Below are positions 18,672 through 27,521 of a DNA stretch of 38,544 bases, piece after piece. This DNA is from a virus. Taxonomy: Duplodnaviria; Caudoviricetes. Made by a program: the position numbers and the translations under genes. Numbering within the stretch: the first letter of the stretch is position 1; each line of letters opens with the position of its first letter. The notes under the pieces were generated by a model. The model searched no databases. It was not told the DNA's origin and was given only the letters and a program-made list of their open reading frames with translations. The stretch is taken from IMG/VR virus record IMGVR_UViG_3300029183_000011, positions 1-38,544 of that record. One strand, given 5' to 3'.

Positions 18672-20134
18672 CCACTGCGTTCGATTCCTTTGATGGCTCT
18701 TCTTTTGGCGCATATACAGAGTCGTTGTTAGATGTTCGTAACGGATTGGGTATAGTGCTTATTCCTGGTGTTTTTTATATGACAGCTTTTAATACTGCAT
18801 CTATGGTTAGCATTGAAACCGTAATAGGTGGTGGCGAATATGTGAGTGGAGTATTTGATCCTTATGATCAAGATGAAAAAGCTAATTTAGAATTCAATTG
18901 GCCTAATGACCAAGCACCTGGTGGCGCAGATACAAGTTATTCAGCATTTGCTTTGCTTCCTGGGAGTGGGTACATATATAAAGCACAGCGAGCTAATGGT
19001 GGTACAGATATTTCATCAACTAAGTTAGTATTACGATTAGATAGTGATTTTTTAGATACAGGACCAGATACATTAACTGTAACAAACGTAGATAATGGGA
19101 GTGGGCCAGCTGTCATAAATGCTGATAATAGAATATTAGGAAACGTTTATGATAATGCAGCTTTAGATGATGGCTATATTAAAGTAGTAAGTCCCTCAAC
19201 ATCACTTTTTGAAAATAGTACAATGTCTGTAGCTCTTTGGTGGTATAGCACACAAGTTAGTTTAGTGTATCTATGGACTTATAAAGAGGATGATGATAAT
19301 TATTTTGAATTATATATTTCTTCTGGTAAGTACTACATAAAAAAAGTAATAGGTGGTACTACTCAATTTGACAAGGTTATGGATGTAGGCCTTTCTTCAT
19401 CCCATGAACCAACTGCGAATAAATGGTGGTATACGCGGTTATATGGGACATTTCTTGATGGGCCATCTGCTAGATATAGGGTTGAGGTACATGCAGAAGG
19501 TGGGACATTAGATGAAGGAGGCCATACTCCAGTATCGATACCAACTACGGGCGATATAACGGGCGATATGTTTTTTGGTACGAATGTAGATCTAGATGAA
19601 TTTTTTACAGGTCGAATGGCAAATTGTAGATATAATAATGCAAATGTTGCTGGTTTCAATATGAACCCTTTTGGAAATGATGAAGAGGTTGTCAGATATC
19701 CAAGTAACAGTAAATTAGTAGAAATAGGGTTTCGACGAGATACATTTTTTCGTAACGGTAGTGAGGATTTTGTTCCTGATACTATGAGCTATACTCAAGA
19801 GATAAATGCTTTTGCGGTAACAGAACCTGTAGATGATCTAACAACTATAACTACTGCTGAATTAGATGCTATCTCTAAAGTAGCTGCTTTAAATAATCCT
19901 ATAGTTAAATTTGTTTGCGACTGTAGTTGTACACATGTTCAGGATCTTACTGATGGAGATAGCGAATTACAAATAGGAAACGAAATAGAAACAATTGGTT
20001 TTTTTCCTGTAGATGAAGCTATTAATTTTTATGGTTTTTTGCTTGTACCTTCTATGAATAAAGATGAAGCTTTTTTATCAGCAGGTGATGAGACTAGACT
20101 TGAACGACATACTTATTTGAAGACAGAAGAATGA
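18668..20134 (+). CDS. Virion protein with probable LamG/concanavalin A-like domain
   Basis: LVLRLD...MSVALWWY...FELYI...WWY...MFFGT...FFTGRMANCRY matches the LamG strand pattern. Confidence 0.6.
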   Translation: MTTAFDSFDGSSFGAYTESLLDVRNGLGIVLIPGVFYMTAFNTASMVSIETVIGGGEYVSGVFDPYDQDEKANLEFNWPNDQAPGGADTSYSAFALLPGSGYIYKAQRANGGTDISSTKLVLRLDSDFLDTGPDTLTVTNVDNGSGPAVINADNRILGNVYDNAALDDGYIKVVSPSTSLFENSTMSVALWWYSTQVSLVYLWTYKEDDDNYFELYISSGKYYIKKVIGGTTQFDKVMDVGLSSSHEPTANKWWYTRLYGTFLDGPSARYRVEVHAEGGTLDEGGHTPVSIPTTGDITGDMFFGTNVDLDEFFTGRMANCRYNNANVAGFNMNPFGNDEEVVRYPSNSKLVEIGFRRDTFFRNGSEDFVPDTMSYTQEINAFAVTEPVDDLTTITTAELDAISKVAALNNPIVKFVCDCSCTHVQDLTDGDSELQIGNEIETIGFFPVDEAINFYGFLLVPSMNKDEAFLSAGDETRLERHTYLKTEE

Positions 20135-20919
20135 CAACAGAAAATGAATGGTTTTCATGGAATGTTTTATCTGTAGATGAAAACGATGATATTACATACC
20201 ATGGAAAGGAACCTTTTGAACTAACATCGACGTTTTCTACAACCGATACAGGTGGAGATACTTTTAGTGAAAGCATTTATTTGTTGGCATATAAGGATGT
20301 TGACGAAAGCGATCTAACTGTTCGTGCCCCCTATATTTCTAATTTATCAAGTTTTCGAGCTGAGCAATCTGGTACTTGTGAAGCAGAAAGTGAATTTGAA
20401 ACTCAATGTGGGATGCGTGGCTCGATATCACAATTTATAGGGACAGCAAACGTGGCCTTTGACATTACAACAGTAACACAAGCGGATATTGATGGTCAGA
20501 TGAGCAATCAGCAAGGAGATTTTTTTGATCATGATATTAAGTTTGGGTCTTTATCAGGTGGTTCTACTGTAGATACTATAAATGGTACATTTGAAGCATA
20601 TTCAGAGATGATATCAAAGTTTGGTGAAACTTCTTTTGATGATCTTGGTCAGGGATGGACTATCCCATCGAATGTTTATGGTGCAGTTTGTCAGATTGTA
20701 TTTAGCCATAATATTTTTGAAACAGATGGTAATCCAACGAAATCATTAGACGCAACTCAAACATTAACACTTAAATTTCAGGCAGTAGAAAGTAGCAGCA
20801 TGGGAGTTTTATTTCCAGGATTATCAGGACCAGTCTTTGTGTTCGAGGCATTGCCTATTCCAGCTAGTACGCTTATTGATCCAGATCGCGGTTCATGGTT
20901 AAATGATTTAGATGCTTAA
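20131..20919 (+). CDS. Acidic hypothetical virion protein
   Basis: ATGA-coupled, S/T/D-rich, in tail operon. Confidence 0.5.
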   Translation: MTTENEWFSWNVLSVDENDDITYHGKEPFELTSTFSTTDTGGDTFSESIYLLAYKDVDESDLTVRAPYISNLSSFRAEQSGTCEAESEFETQCGMRGSISQFIGTANVAFDITTVTQADIDGQMSNQQGDFFDHDIKFGSLSGGSTVDTINGTFEAYSEMISKFGETSFDDLGQGWTIPSNVYGAVCQIVFSHNIFETDGNPTKSLDATQTLTLKFQAVESSSMGVLFPGLSGPVFVFEALPIPASTLIDPDRGSWLNDLDA

Positions 20920-20936
20920 AAAGGAGAAGATATAAA

Positions 20937-22199
20937 ATGGCTACAAAATATTGGTTAGGGACCGCAGCTGCGGTTGCTCAAGTAACAACAACTCAAATAA
21001 CTGCATTTGATGGTGCAACTACTTATACAGTTACAATAGGAAATCAATCAATTAGTGTCGTAGGCGATACTGATGAAGATACTACTGCTGCAAACCTTCA
21101 GGCAGCATTAGCTGCTTCCACGCACCCATATTTTACAGCTATTACATGGACTGTGGTTACAGATACTATTACTGGAACAGCGGCTATTGCTGGAGTACCT
21201 TTTACATTTACAACTAGTGATACAGGTGGTTCAGGTACAATAAGTGCGCCAAGTACAACCACTGCCAGTAGTGGTCCGGCTGATTGGGGAACCGCTGACA
21301 ATTGGTCTGATGGTGTGGTTCCTGTCAGTACTGATACTGTTATTTTTAAAGATAATAGTAATAATGTTGCATATGGGTTAGATCAAAATGCTGTAACTTT
21401 GACGGAGCTTATTTTTGAACAAACGTATACGGGTCTGGTGGGATTAGACTACCGTAGTTTTGCTACAGCAGTCGATGGAGGAACTCCTGATTCTACTGTT
21501 ACAGAATATCGTGATGTTTATTTACAAATCAGTGCTACAGATTTACGTGTGGGCGATACTAATGGCCCTATTCTACAATCTGGTTCTCCAAGATTGATGA
21601 TAGATTTAGGTTCTGTTGTAAGCACAATTAACATAGTTAATACCTCAAGATCGTCTGCTGATGCTGGTAGATCCGCTGTACGTCTTTTATTAACTAATGC
21701 ATCTAATACAATAATTGTTCGATCCGCACCTGGTGGATTAGGCATTGCTAATGAAGTGCCTGGTGAAACTAGCACAATAAGCAGCATTATTGTTTCGGAT
21801 ACCACTAGTAATTCTCGTATTAATATTGGAGAAGGCACTACCATTACAACGTATGAACAGAATGGTGGCGACAATCAGTTAAATGCTGCTGCAAATATAA
21901 CACAAGTTACTGTTGATGGTGGTAATTTAGCGATGGAAGGTTCTTTCAAAGCCACTGATTTAGATATAAAAAATGGTAATGTGTTTATGAACAATAGAGA
22001 TGGTTCTGATGTAGGAGCAGATACTGTAACTATGACAGGTGGCACATTAGACACTATTCGTAATGGAGCAGATTTGACAATAACGACATTGAATCAAAAT
22101 GTAGGTTCAACGTTTAGAGGCGATCCAAAAGTGGCTACAGTGACCAATTGGAATATACCTACTGATAAATTATTTAGTGCAACAATAACAGCAGTCTAG
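20937..22199 (+). CDS. Thr/Gly-rich virion protein with probable beta-helix C-terminus
   Basis: RBS AAGGAG; DWGTADNWSDGVVP.STDTV motif and repeated V.GG.L units as in adhesin-type beta-helices. Confidence 0.6.
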   Translation: MATKYWLGTAAAVAQVTTTQITAFDGATTYTVTIGNQSISVVGDTDEDTTAANLQAALAASTHPYFTAITWTVVTDTITGTAAIAGVPFTFTTSDTGGSGTISAPSTTTASSGPADWGTADNWSDGVVPVSTDTVIFKDNSNNVAYGLDQNAVTLTELIFEQTYTGLVGLDYRSFATAVDGGTPDSTVTEYRDVYLQISATDLRVGDTNGPILQSGSPRLMIDLGSVVSTINIVNTSRSSADAGRSAVRLLLTNASNTIIVRSAPGGLGIANEVPGETSTISSIIVSDTTSNSRINIGEGTTITTYEQNGGDNQLNAAANITQVTVDGGNLAMEGSFKATDLDIKNGNVFMNNRDGSDVGADTVTMTGGTLDTIRNGADLTITTLNQNVGSTFRGDPKVATVTNWNIPTDKLFSATITAV

Positions 22200-22570
22200 T
22201 GGCTAAGGATAAACCATCAGATACAGCAGAACGTGTTGCTAAATTAGAAGCATATCAGGATGCCAATTATAAGCTGTTATCGGACATAAAAAAGAAACTA
22301 GATGTATTTGTTGAGTCATTACATGAAGTGGATTCTAGAGTAAAAAGTCTTGAAGACACTAGGGAAACGTTTCGTAATCATATGCGCTGGATTTGGTCGC
22401 TTGTTATAGGACTCATAATCACGGTTTCAGGTGCTTTTGCAACAGCATTGCTTACGGATGCGGTTCGTTTCCATAAGAGCGAAAATTATGGAAAAACAAC
22501 TATTAAAACAGGACCTGAAGAAAATCGAGGAAAAGTTGGACAATACTCAAGCCATGCTCGTTCAAAATAA
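22199..22570 (+). CDS. Coiled-coil plus single-TM protein (holin/XhlA-like candidate)
   Basis: ERVAKLE...RVKSLE coiled coil then WIWSLVIGLIITVSGAFATALL; lysis-cassette position. Confidence 0.5.
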   Translation: MAKDKPSDTAERVAKLEAYQDANYKLLSDIKKKLDVFVESLHEVDSRVKSLEDTRETFRNHMRWIWSLVIGLIITVSGAFATALLTDAVRFHKSENYGKTTIKTGPEENRGKVGQYSSHARSK

Positions 22571-22676
22571 AAAAGATATGTTAGAACTAAAAGCAGCGAT
22601 ACCTACTTTTGGTGTATTAACAATACTTGTTATTATGGGGGTTGGTTTTTGGCTATTTATTATGCGAGATATTTAG
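22488..22676 (+). CDS. Small coiled-coil protein with C-terminal TM
   Basis: MEKQLLKQDLKKIEEKLD...FGVLTILVIMGVGFWLFIM; ATG 22488 in the frame of track ORF 22431. Confidence 0.55.
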   Translation: MEKQLLKQDLKKIEEKLDNTQAMLVQNKKDMLELKAAIPTFGVLTILVIMGVGFWLFIMRDI

Positions 22677-22688
22677 AGAAAGGGTAAT

Positions 22689-23399
22689 ATGAAATATTCA
22701 ATGCTAGTAGCTATATTATTTTTATTTTGTGGTTGTTCGTTAGTGTCTAACTCTACGATGGACAAGGAGCTATTGGCTAAAATAACCGAAGATGAAAAAA
22801 CAGATGATAGCGTTAAGTTCGACGGTGCTCGATCTTTTATGCATTACTCGCCGACGTATCAAGTAAATGCAGAAGGAGCACAAAAAGTAACAATGCCTGA
22901 TCCTGATAAAGATGCTGCCCATTTTAAACGAATGGTTGAAGCATTGGAGTCAGAAAAAATACGTGCACTCAATGAGTCTAAAGTATCTATTAACCTAAGA
23001 CTAAAAGCCGAAAAAGAGCGAGATATTGCAATTGAGGAGAAACAGCACTATGAAAGCAAATCTAGCCTCTACATTCTTGGATGGGCCATTTCTTGTATCA
23101 TTTTTGTTGTTGCTGGTGGTTTACTTTGTTATGTGTTGCGCAGCCAACTTGGCATTAAGACTACTGCATTGGGTGACGCTTTGGCTGATATTGCGACACT
23201 CCAAAAAAGCAAAAAGAAATGGGCGAACCGTGGAAAAGCGTTCACGAAAAGAGCGACAAAACAAATAGATTATATAGAACGACGTATTGCTGAAAACAGC
23301 ATCACACCTGATGTTAAAAGCATACTTAATCATAGTAAAAATTGGTTACGCGATACCGTTAATGAATATCATGGTAATAAAGAGATAGATGAAGAATAG
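22689..23399 (+). CDS. Lipoprotein with internal TM helix (spanin-like candidate)
   Basis: Signal MKYSMLVAILFLFCG-C, coiled coil, TM LYILGWAISCIIFVVAGGLLCYVL. Confidence 0.55.
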   Translation: MKYSMLVAILFLFCGCSLVSNSTMDKELLAKITEDEKTDDSVKFDGARSFMHYSPTYQVNAEGAQKVTMPDPDKDAAHFKRMVEALESEKIRALNESKVSINLRLKAEKERDIAIEEKQHYESKSSLYILGWAISCIIFVVAGGLLCYVLRSQLGIKTTALGDALADIATLQKSKKKWANRGKAFTKRATKQIDYIERRIAENSITPDVKSILNHSKNWLRDTVNEYHGNKEIDEE

Positions 23400-23426
23400 C
23401 CCGAATCGCTCTCGGGTGCAGAAGGA

Positions 23427-23870
23427 CTACGGGTTTAAATTATCCTTTCCACGTGGCCCTTCTGCTTTCTTTCCGAGTATATCGGCCAATTCTTTGTAAT
23501 TAAGGGTGTTAAACCAGCTAGATCGTGCGTGTTTAACCAGTCCTATTTTAGGTAAATAGCCTACTAAAAGAACGTCTTTTCCATGAAATAAGTAGTAATC
23601 TTCTGCTACTTGTAATAAACAAAAGCAATGATCGCAATGCCTGGCACGTGATAACATCCATGACTTTTGCCAAGGTTTATAATGATGAACACGAACCACG
23701 CCACCTCTTTTTGGGTATTCAGGAACTACTTTCAGTTCTATCCACCCCGAGATATCTTGTATGGAATACGATACATCTGGCACAGCAAACTCTTCGTGCC
23801 TATAAGCCGACCAATACGTTTCCATATTGGTTTTTAACCTATTCCATAATTTTGATTCAGGTCCACGCAT
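23427..23870 (-). CDS. PD-(D/E)xK nuclease (VRR-NUC/Holliday junction resolvase-like)
   Basis: E(SKLW)...VPDV...WIELK...PWQKSW motifs; downstream of polymerase. Confidence 0.85.
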   Translation of the reverse strand: MRGPESKLWNRLKTNMETYWSAYRHEEFAVPDVSYSIQDISGWIELKVVPEYPKRGGVVRVHHYKPWQKSWMLSRARHCDHCFCLLQVAEDYYLFHGKDVLLVGYLPKIGLVKHARSSWFNTLNYKELADILGKKAEGPRGKDNLNP

Positions 23871-24030
23871 GAGAGTCAGGTATTTTTGTGTTCCATAAAT
23901 TTTTTAGGTGGTGTTGTCGTTGGTTTTCCGTCAAATCATTACCGTATATCCAAGCTAATGATCTAGCTGTGGATTCAGCCCAATGATTATTTTCTTTGAA
24001 ACGATTATGGTATTTGTAATACTCAATCAC
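23857..24030 (-). CDS. 57-aa hypothetical protein (not in ORF track)
   Basis: GTG overlaps polymerase stop (GTGA); MIEYYKYHNRFKENNHWAESTARSLAWIYG...; fills the gap to the nuclease. Confidence 0.55.
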   Translation of the reverse strand: MIEYYKYHNRFKENNHWAESTARSLAWIYGNDLTENQRQHHLKNLWNTKIPDSHAWT

Positions 24031-25931
24031 TTACATTCTCCCCAATTTTTTCCTAGTGCCGTATCTGTTAAAATAGGTACTCTTAAGTTAAGTGCATTTT
24101 CCATTATATATTTTACCTCTTTAAAGGCCTCGTGACCTTCTTTTTTATTGGGTACGGACCAATCTAATTCATCATGCACAGTTAATAATGGTGGTCCTAA
24201 AACATCACATACACCACTATTCCAGGTGTCCAGCATTGCTTTTTTAAGTAAGTCAGCACATGAGCCTTGTATCACGGAATTCAATGCTCTAAATATTCCA
24301 GCTCGTTTAACACCACTTTTTACAAGTTTATCAGGGTGCTCTTTTTTATATTTTTGCACTAGATTGTATGCTTCTTCTCTAGTTAGACATGATCCTAATG
24401 CTTTTGACAGCTCATAATCCTGTGGTTCCCATCGTGAAAAGCGTCTACGTCGTTTCAGATACGTTCTAATGAACCCTTTATTAGTAGCAGACATCATCAT
24501 TTGCGAAGTATTTTTAAGAAAAGGCATCATTTTATTATAATTGTTTAAGAACTCGGTAGCGTCGTTAATATCCATTCCTAACGATTTACCTAATTTAACG
24601 TTGCCCATGCCATATACAATTCCGAAATTAATTGTTTTTGCAAGGTCCCTTCCTACACCTGCTTGTGTGGCGGTTAGTTTATGGAAATCGGCTTCAGGAT
24701 CTTCGTTATATGTTTCTCGTATAGTTTCTGCACCTTCGCCTGTAGCATAGTGTGCTAACATACGAAGTTCTATTTGTGAGTAGTCCAAACGCCCCCATAA
24801 TTCACCCTCGTCTGGCAAGAAAAATCCTCGGCATAAAGGCCCTAGTTCAGGGTCCCTCGACGGTATTTGTTGAAGATTTGGATTGCTTGCACTAAATCGT
24901 CCTGTAACAGTTCCATAAGAATCACTTCTTAATTGATTAAACGTACAGTGTATTCGACCATTTATACTTGAGTCCAAAATACTATTCTGTAGAAATGTAG
25001 TATGGAACTTTTGTAGTTTTCTGCACTCTAATAAATCTATACAAAAAGGATGATCCTGTTTTTTTAGCCATGATTGTGTTATAGAAGGGTCTTTTGATTT
25101 TTCGGTTAGGGGGTAGGGTATACCTAAATTGTCTAAAACTTTTCCAACTTCTCTTGATGCATTTATGTTGAGTGGAGTTCCTTCGTTAAAATAAGCAAAT
25201 GATTTATGAAGGTCTTCAATGTCGAAACCTATTCGCTCTTTTACTTTTTCTACTTCAGGTATATCTACACGAACCCCACGTTGTCGCATAGCAAGAAGCA
25301 TTGGAATTAGTCCACATTCCATTTGGAATAATGAAACTAAACCTTCTTCTTTTAGTTTTAACTTTTGTTCGTTAAAAATATTTAACGCTAATCTTGTATC
25401 TTCTTCAGCATATGGCCCCACCACGCTAGGCGGCATTTCATAAAGGTGCTCTTGTGCTTTTCCTTTCCAACCATGCTCTTCGGCATATTGTTCGATTAAT
25501 GTTTCTTCTTTACCTTTACCAAAGTATTTTTCACCTAAAGTATCGAGCGAATAGCTTCGAGCATTTTCATCTAAGAGTGGTTCAGCAATTTGTACATCGT
25601 AGAAAGGACCGCATACGTGAACGCCCCAGTCATACAAATAGTCGAGATCATACAATAAGTTAGCACCGATTTTAGGCTGTCCATGTCTTGTAAGTTCAGA
25701 TCGGGCCCATTCAAGAATATCTTTTTCTGTAAATTGCGGGCCCCTCTTGTGATGGAATGGGAGATACCAACTGCGATTACTTGAAGTACTAACAGCAATA
25801 CCGATAATATATCCATTTGTTCTAACTCCTGGGCCTTTTGATTTTAAATCAGGGTCATAGGTTTCTATGTCCAACGAAATATATTTTGCGCCTTTTAGAC
25901 TAGGTAATTTATCAGGTATTACCCAACTCAT
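24027..25931 (-). CDS. polA: Family A DNA polymerase with 3'-5' exonuclease
   Basis: ExoI LDIETY; TGRFSASNPNLQQIP; motif A DYSQIELR; motif B KTINFGIVYG; motif C TVHDEL. Confidence 0.97.
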   Translation of the reverse strand: MSWVIPDKLPSLKGAKYISLDIETYDPDLKSKGPGVRTNGYIIGIAVSTSSNRSWYLPFHHKRGPQFTEKDILEWARSELTRHGQPKIGANLLYDLDYLYDWGVHVCGPFYDVQIAEPLLDENARSYSLDTLGEKYFGKGKEETLIEQYAEEHGWKGKAQEHLYEMPPSVVGPYAEEDTRLALNIFNEQKLKLKEEGLVSLFQMECGLIPMLLAMRQRGVRVDIPEVEKVKERIGFDIEDLHKSFAYFNEGTPLNINASREVGKVLDNLGIPYPLTEKSKDPSITQSWLKKQDHPFCIDLLECRKLQKFHTTFLQNSILDSSINGRIHCTFNQLRSDSYGTVTGRFSASNPNLQQIPSRDPELGPLCRGFFLPDEGELWGRLDYSQIELRMLAHYATGEGAETIRETYNEDPEADFHKLTATQAGVGRDLAKTINFGIVYGMGNVKLGKSLGMDINDATEFLNNYNKMMPFLKNTSQMMMSATNKGFIRTYLKRRRRFSRWEPQDYELSKALGSCLTREEAYNLVQKYKKEHPDKLVKSGVKRAGIFRALNSVIQGSCADLLKKAMLDTWNSGVCDVLGPPLLTVHDELDWSVPNKKEGHEAFKEVKYIMENALNLRVPILTDTALGKNWGECK

Positions 25932-27283
25932 AAATAAGCGCCAACGTCAAAGTATTTTTGTGTTTGAGAGCACAACACATATAATCTTTCTTTTGCTCTG
26001 GTTACTGCTACATAGAAGACTCTTAGTTCATCATCCATAGCTAGAATACCTTCAGGTGAAAAAGATACATCTGTGACAAGCAGCACATTATCCGCTTCAC
26101 CACCTTTTACTGAATGAATTGTACCTACATATATATTTGGGTCTTCGTCGATATCTACATTGTTCTCTATTAATTTTCTATAATATTGTCTTAGAAAAGC
26201 AGGTATCTGCGACAACTCATAATACCAATCTTCCCCTGCTTCACGAATCATATTACGATGGTCTTTTTTAAAAGAGCTTCCCCATTTTGATTTATATAAA
26301 ATGCCCCTATACATTAATTCATTCGTGATTTTTTTAAGCGATTTGTTATTGCGTGCAACTATGAGCCAAGATTCTTGATTATCGAAAGGCGCATCTCTTA
26401 CAGAATCAATTAAAGTTATTTCCCCTTCTGAATCTCTGCATGTCCAATCTTTTTCATATCGAGATGTGATATCTCTACTGATGTTATTTGCTAGATCGAA
26501 TACACTTTTTGTTAGCCTATGCGATTTAGGAAGAACTTCCTGTGAATTGGGTTCAATAGTTAGGAACTGGTTTATATCTGCGCCGGACCATCTGTAGATG
26601 GCTTGATCATCATCGCCAGCAATATAGATTTCAGGGACTTCTCGAAATGCTGAATTTATAATTGCCCATTGTAATGGGTTCAAATCTTGTGCTTCATCTA
26701 CAATCGCTACTTTAACAGGTACTGTTTCTTCGCTTTGTAGATAACTTGTTAACATATCAGTGAAATCATAAATATTATTTTGGTTTTTAAACTGTGTGTA
26801 CAAATGACAGAAAGTTAAGAAATCAGATAATGAAAAATCGGTTTCGTGTTCAGCCCACATATCTCCATATAAAATCAATTTATTACGGGCTAATCCTTCG
26901 TAGAAAGCCATCTGATCATCACGAGTCATGGATTCAACATCTTCTTCAAGTTCAGCTGTTCTGTCGGTCAATTGGTATCCTGTCTGTTTAGAAAATTTGG
27001 CCATATGCCCACGATTAAGCACATTATTTGTACGAATATTCATGCTTGCAAAAGCCAATGAATGAAGGGTCCTGAAATAAGGAAAGGCTGATTTTCGCAT
27101 ATCAAATTTAGCGACGGCTCTATCAACAGCTTCTGAAACAGCCTTTTTTGTAAAAGATACAAAAGCTATTTCTGTACTATTGAAACCATCCGTAAATTTC
27201 TCGTCCATTATATTTAATAGACGAGTCGTTTTACCTGCACCAGGACCACCTAATATTAAATGTGTATTAGGGCTTATCTTCAT
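25928..27283 (-). CDS. UvrD/Rep-like SF1 helicase
   Basis: GGPGAGKTT, VDEAQD, GDDDQAIY, TIHSVKGGE, YVAVTRAK. Confidence 0.95.
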   Translation of the reverse strand: MKISPNTHLILGGPGAGKTTRLLNIMDEKFTDGFNSTEIAFVSFTKKAVSEAVDRAVAKFDMRKSAFPYFRTLHSLAFASMNIRTNNVLNRGHMAKFSKQTGYQLTDRTAELEEDVESMTRDDQMAFYEGLARNKLILYGDMWAEHETDFSLSDFLTFCHLYTQFKNQNNIYDFTDMLTSYLQSEETVPVKVAIVDEAQDLNPLQWAIINSAFREVPEIYIAGDDDQAIYRWSGADINQFLTIEPNSQEVLPKSHRLTKSVFDLANNISRDITSRYEKDWTCRDSEGEITLIDSVRDAPFDNQESWLIVARNNKSLKKITNELMYRGILYKSKWGSSFKKDHRNMIREAGEDWYYELSQIPAFLRQYYRKLIENNVDIDEDPNIYVGTIHSVKGGEADNVLLVTDVSFSPEGILAMDDELRVFYVAVTRAKERLYVLCSQTQKYFDVGAYL

Positions 27284-27521
27284 CTTTTACAGTTTCTTCT
27301 TGCTTTGCAAACATTCTAACTAGCATCCCTGCTAAGACAGCACCTTCGTCTAGTGTTAAAGTTATACTATCGCCTTGTGAATTTTGAATAGTCACATCGT
27401 CTAAGGTAAATGTACAAGCTAATTTATTTTCTTCTTCTGATTTTTTGCTTAGTGGATTTCTAGGAACCATCACGCATGGCTTAGGCACTTTTATCTTGTC
27501 TCCATCATTTATTTTCTGCAC
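27267..27521 (-). CDS. Hypothetical protein
   Basis: 84 aa overlapping both neighbours in the operon. Confidence 0.6.
   Translation of the reverse strand: MQKINDGDKIKVPKPCVMVPRNPLSKKSEEENKLACTFTLDDVTIQNSQGDSITLTLDEGAVLAGMLVRMFAKQEETVKDEDKP

Noticed and set aside
23399-23418. Hairpin GCCCGA-ATCGCTC-TCGGGT at the convergence of the two arms
   Set aside because: Short stem with no T-tract on either strand; not a convincing terminator
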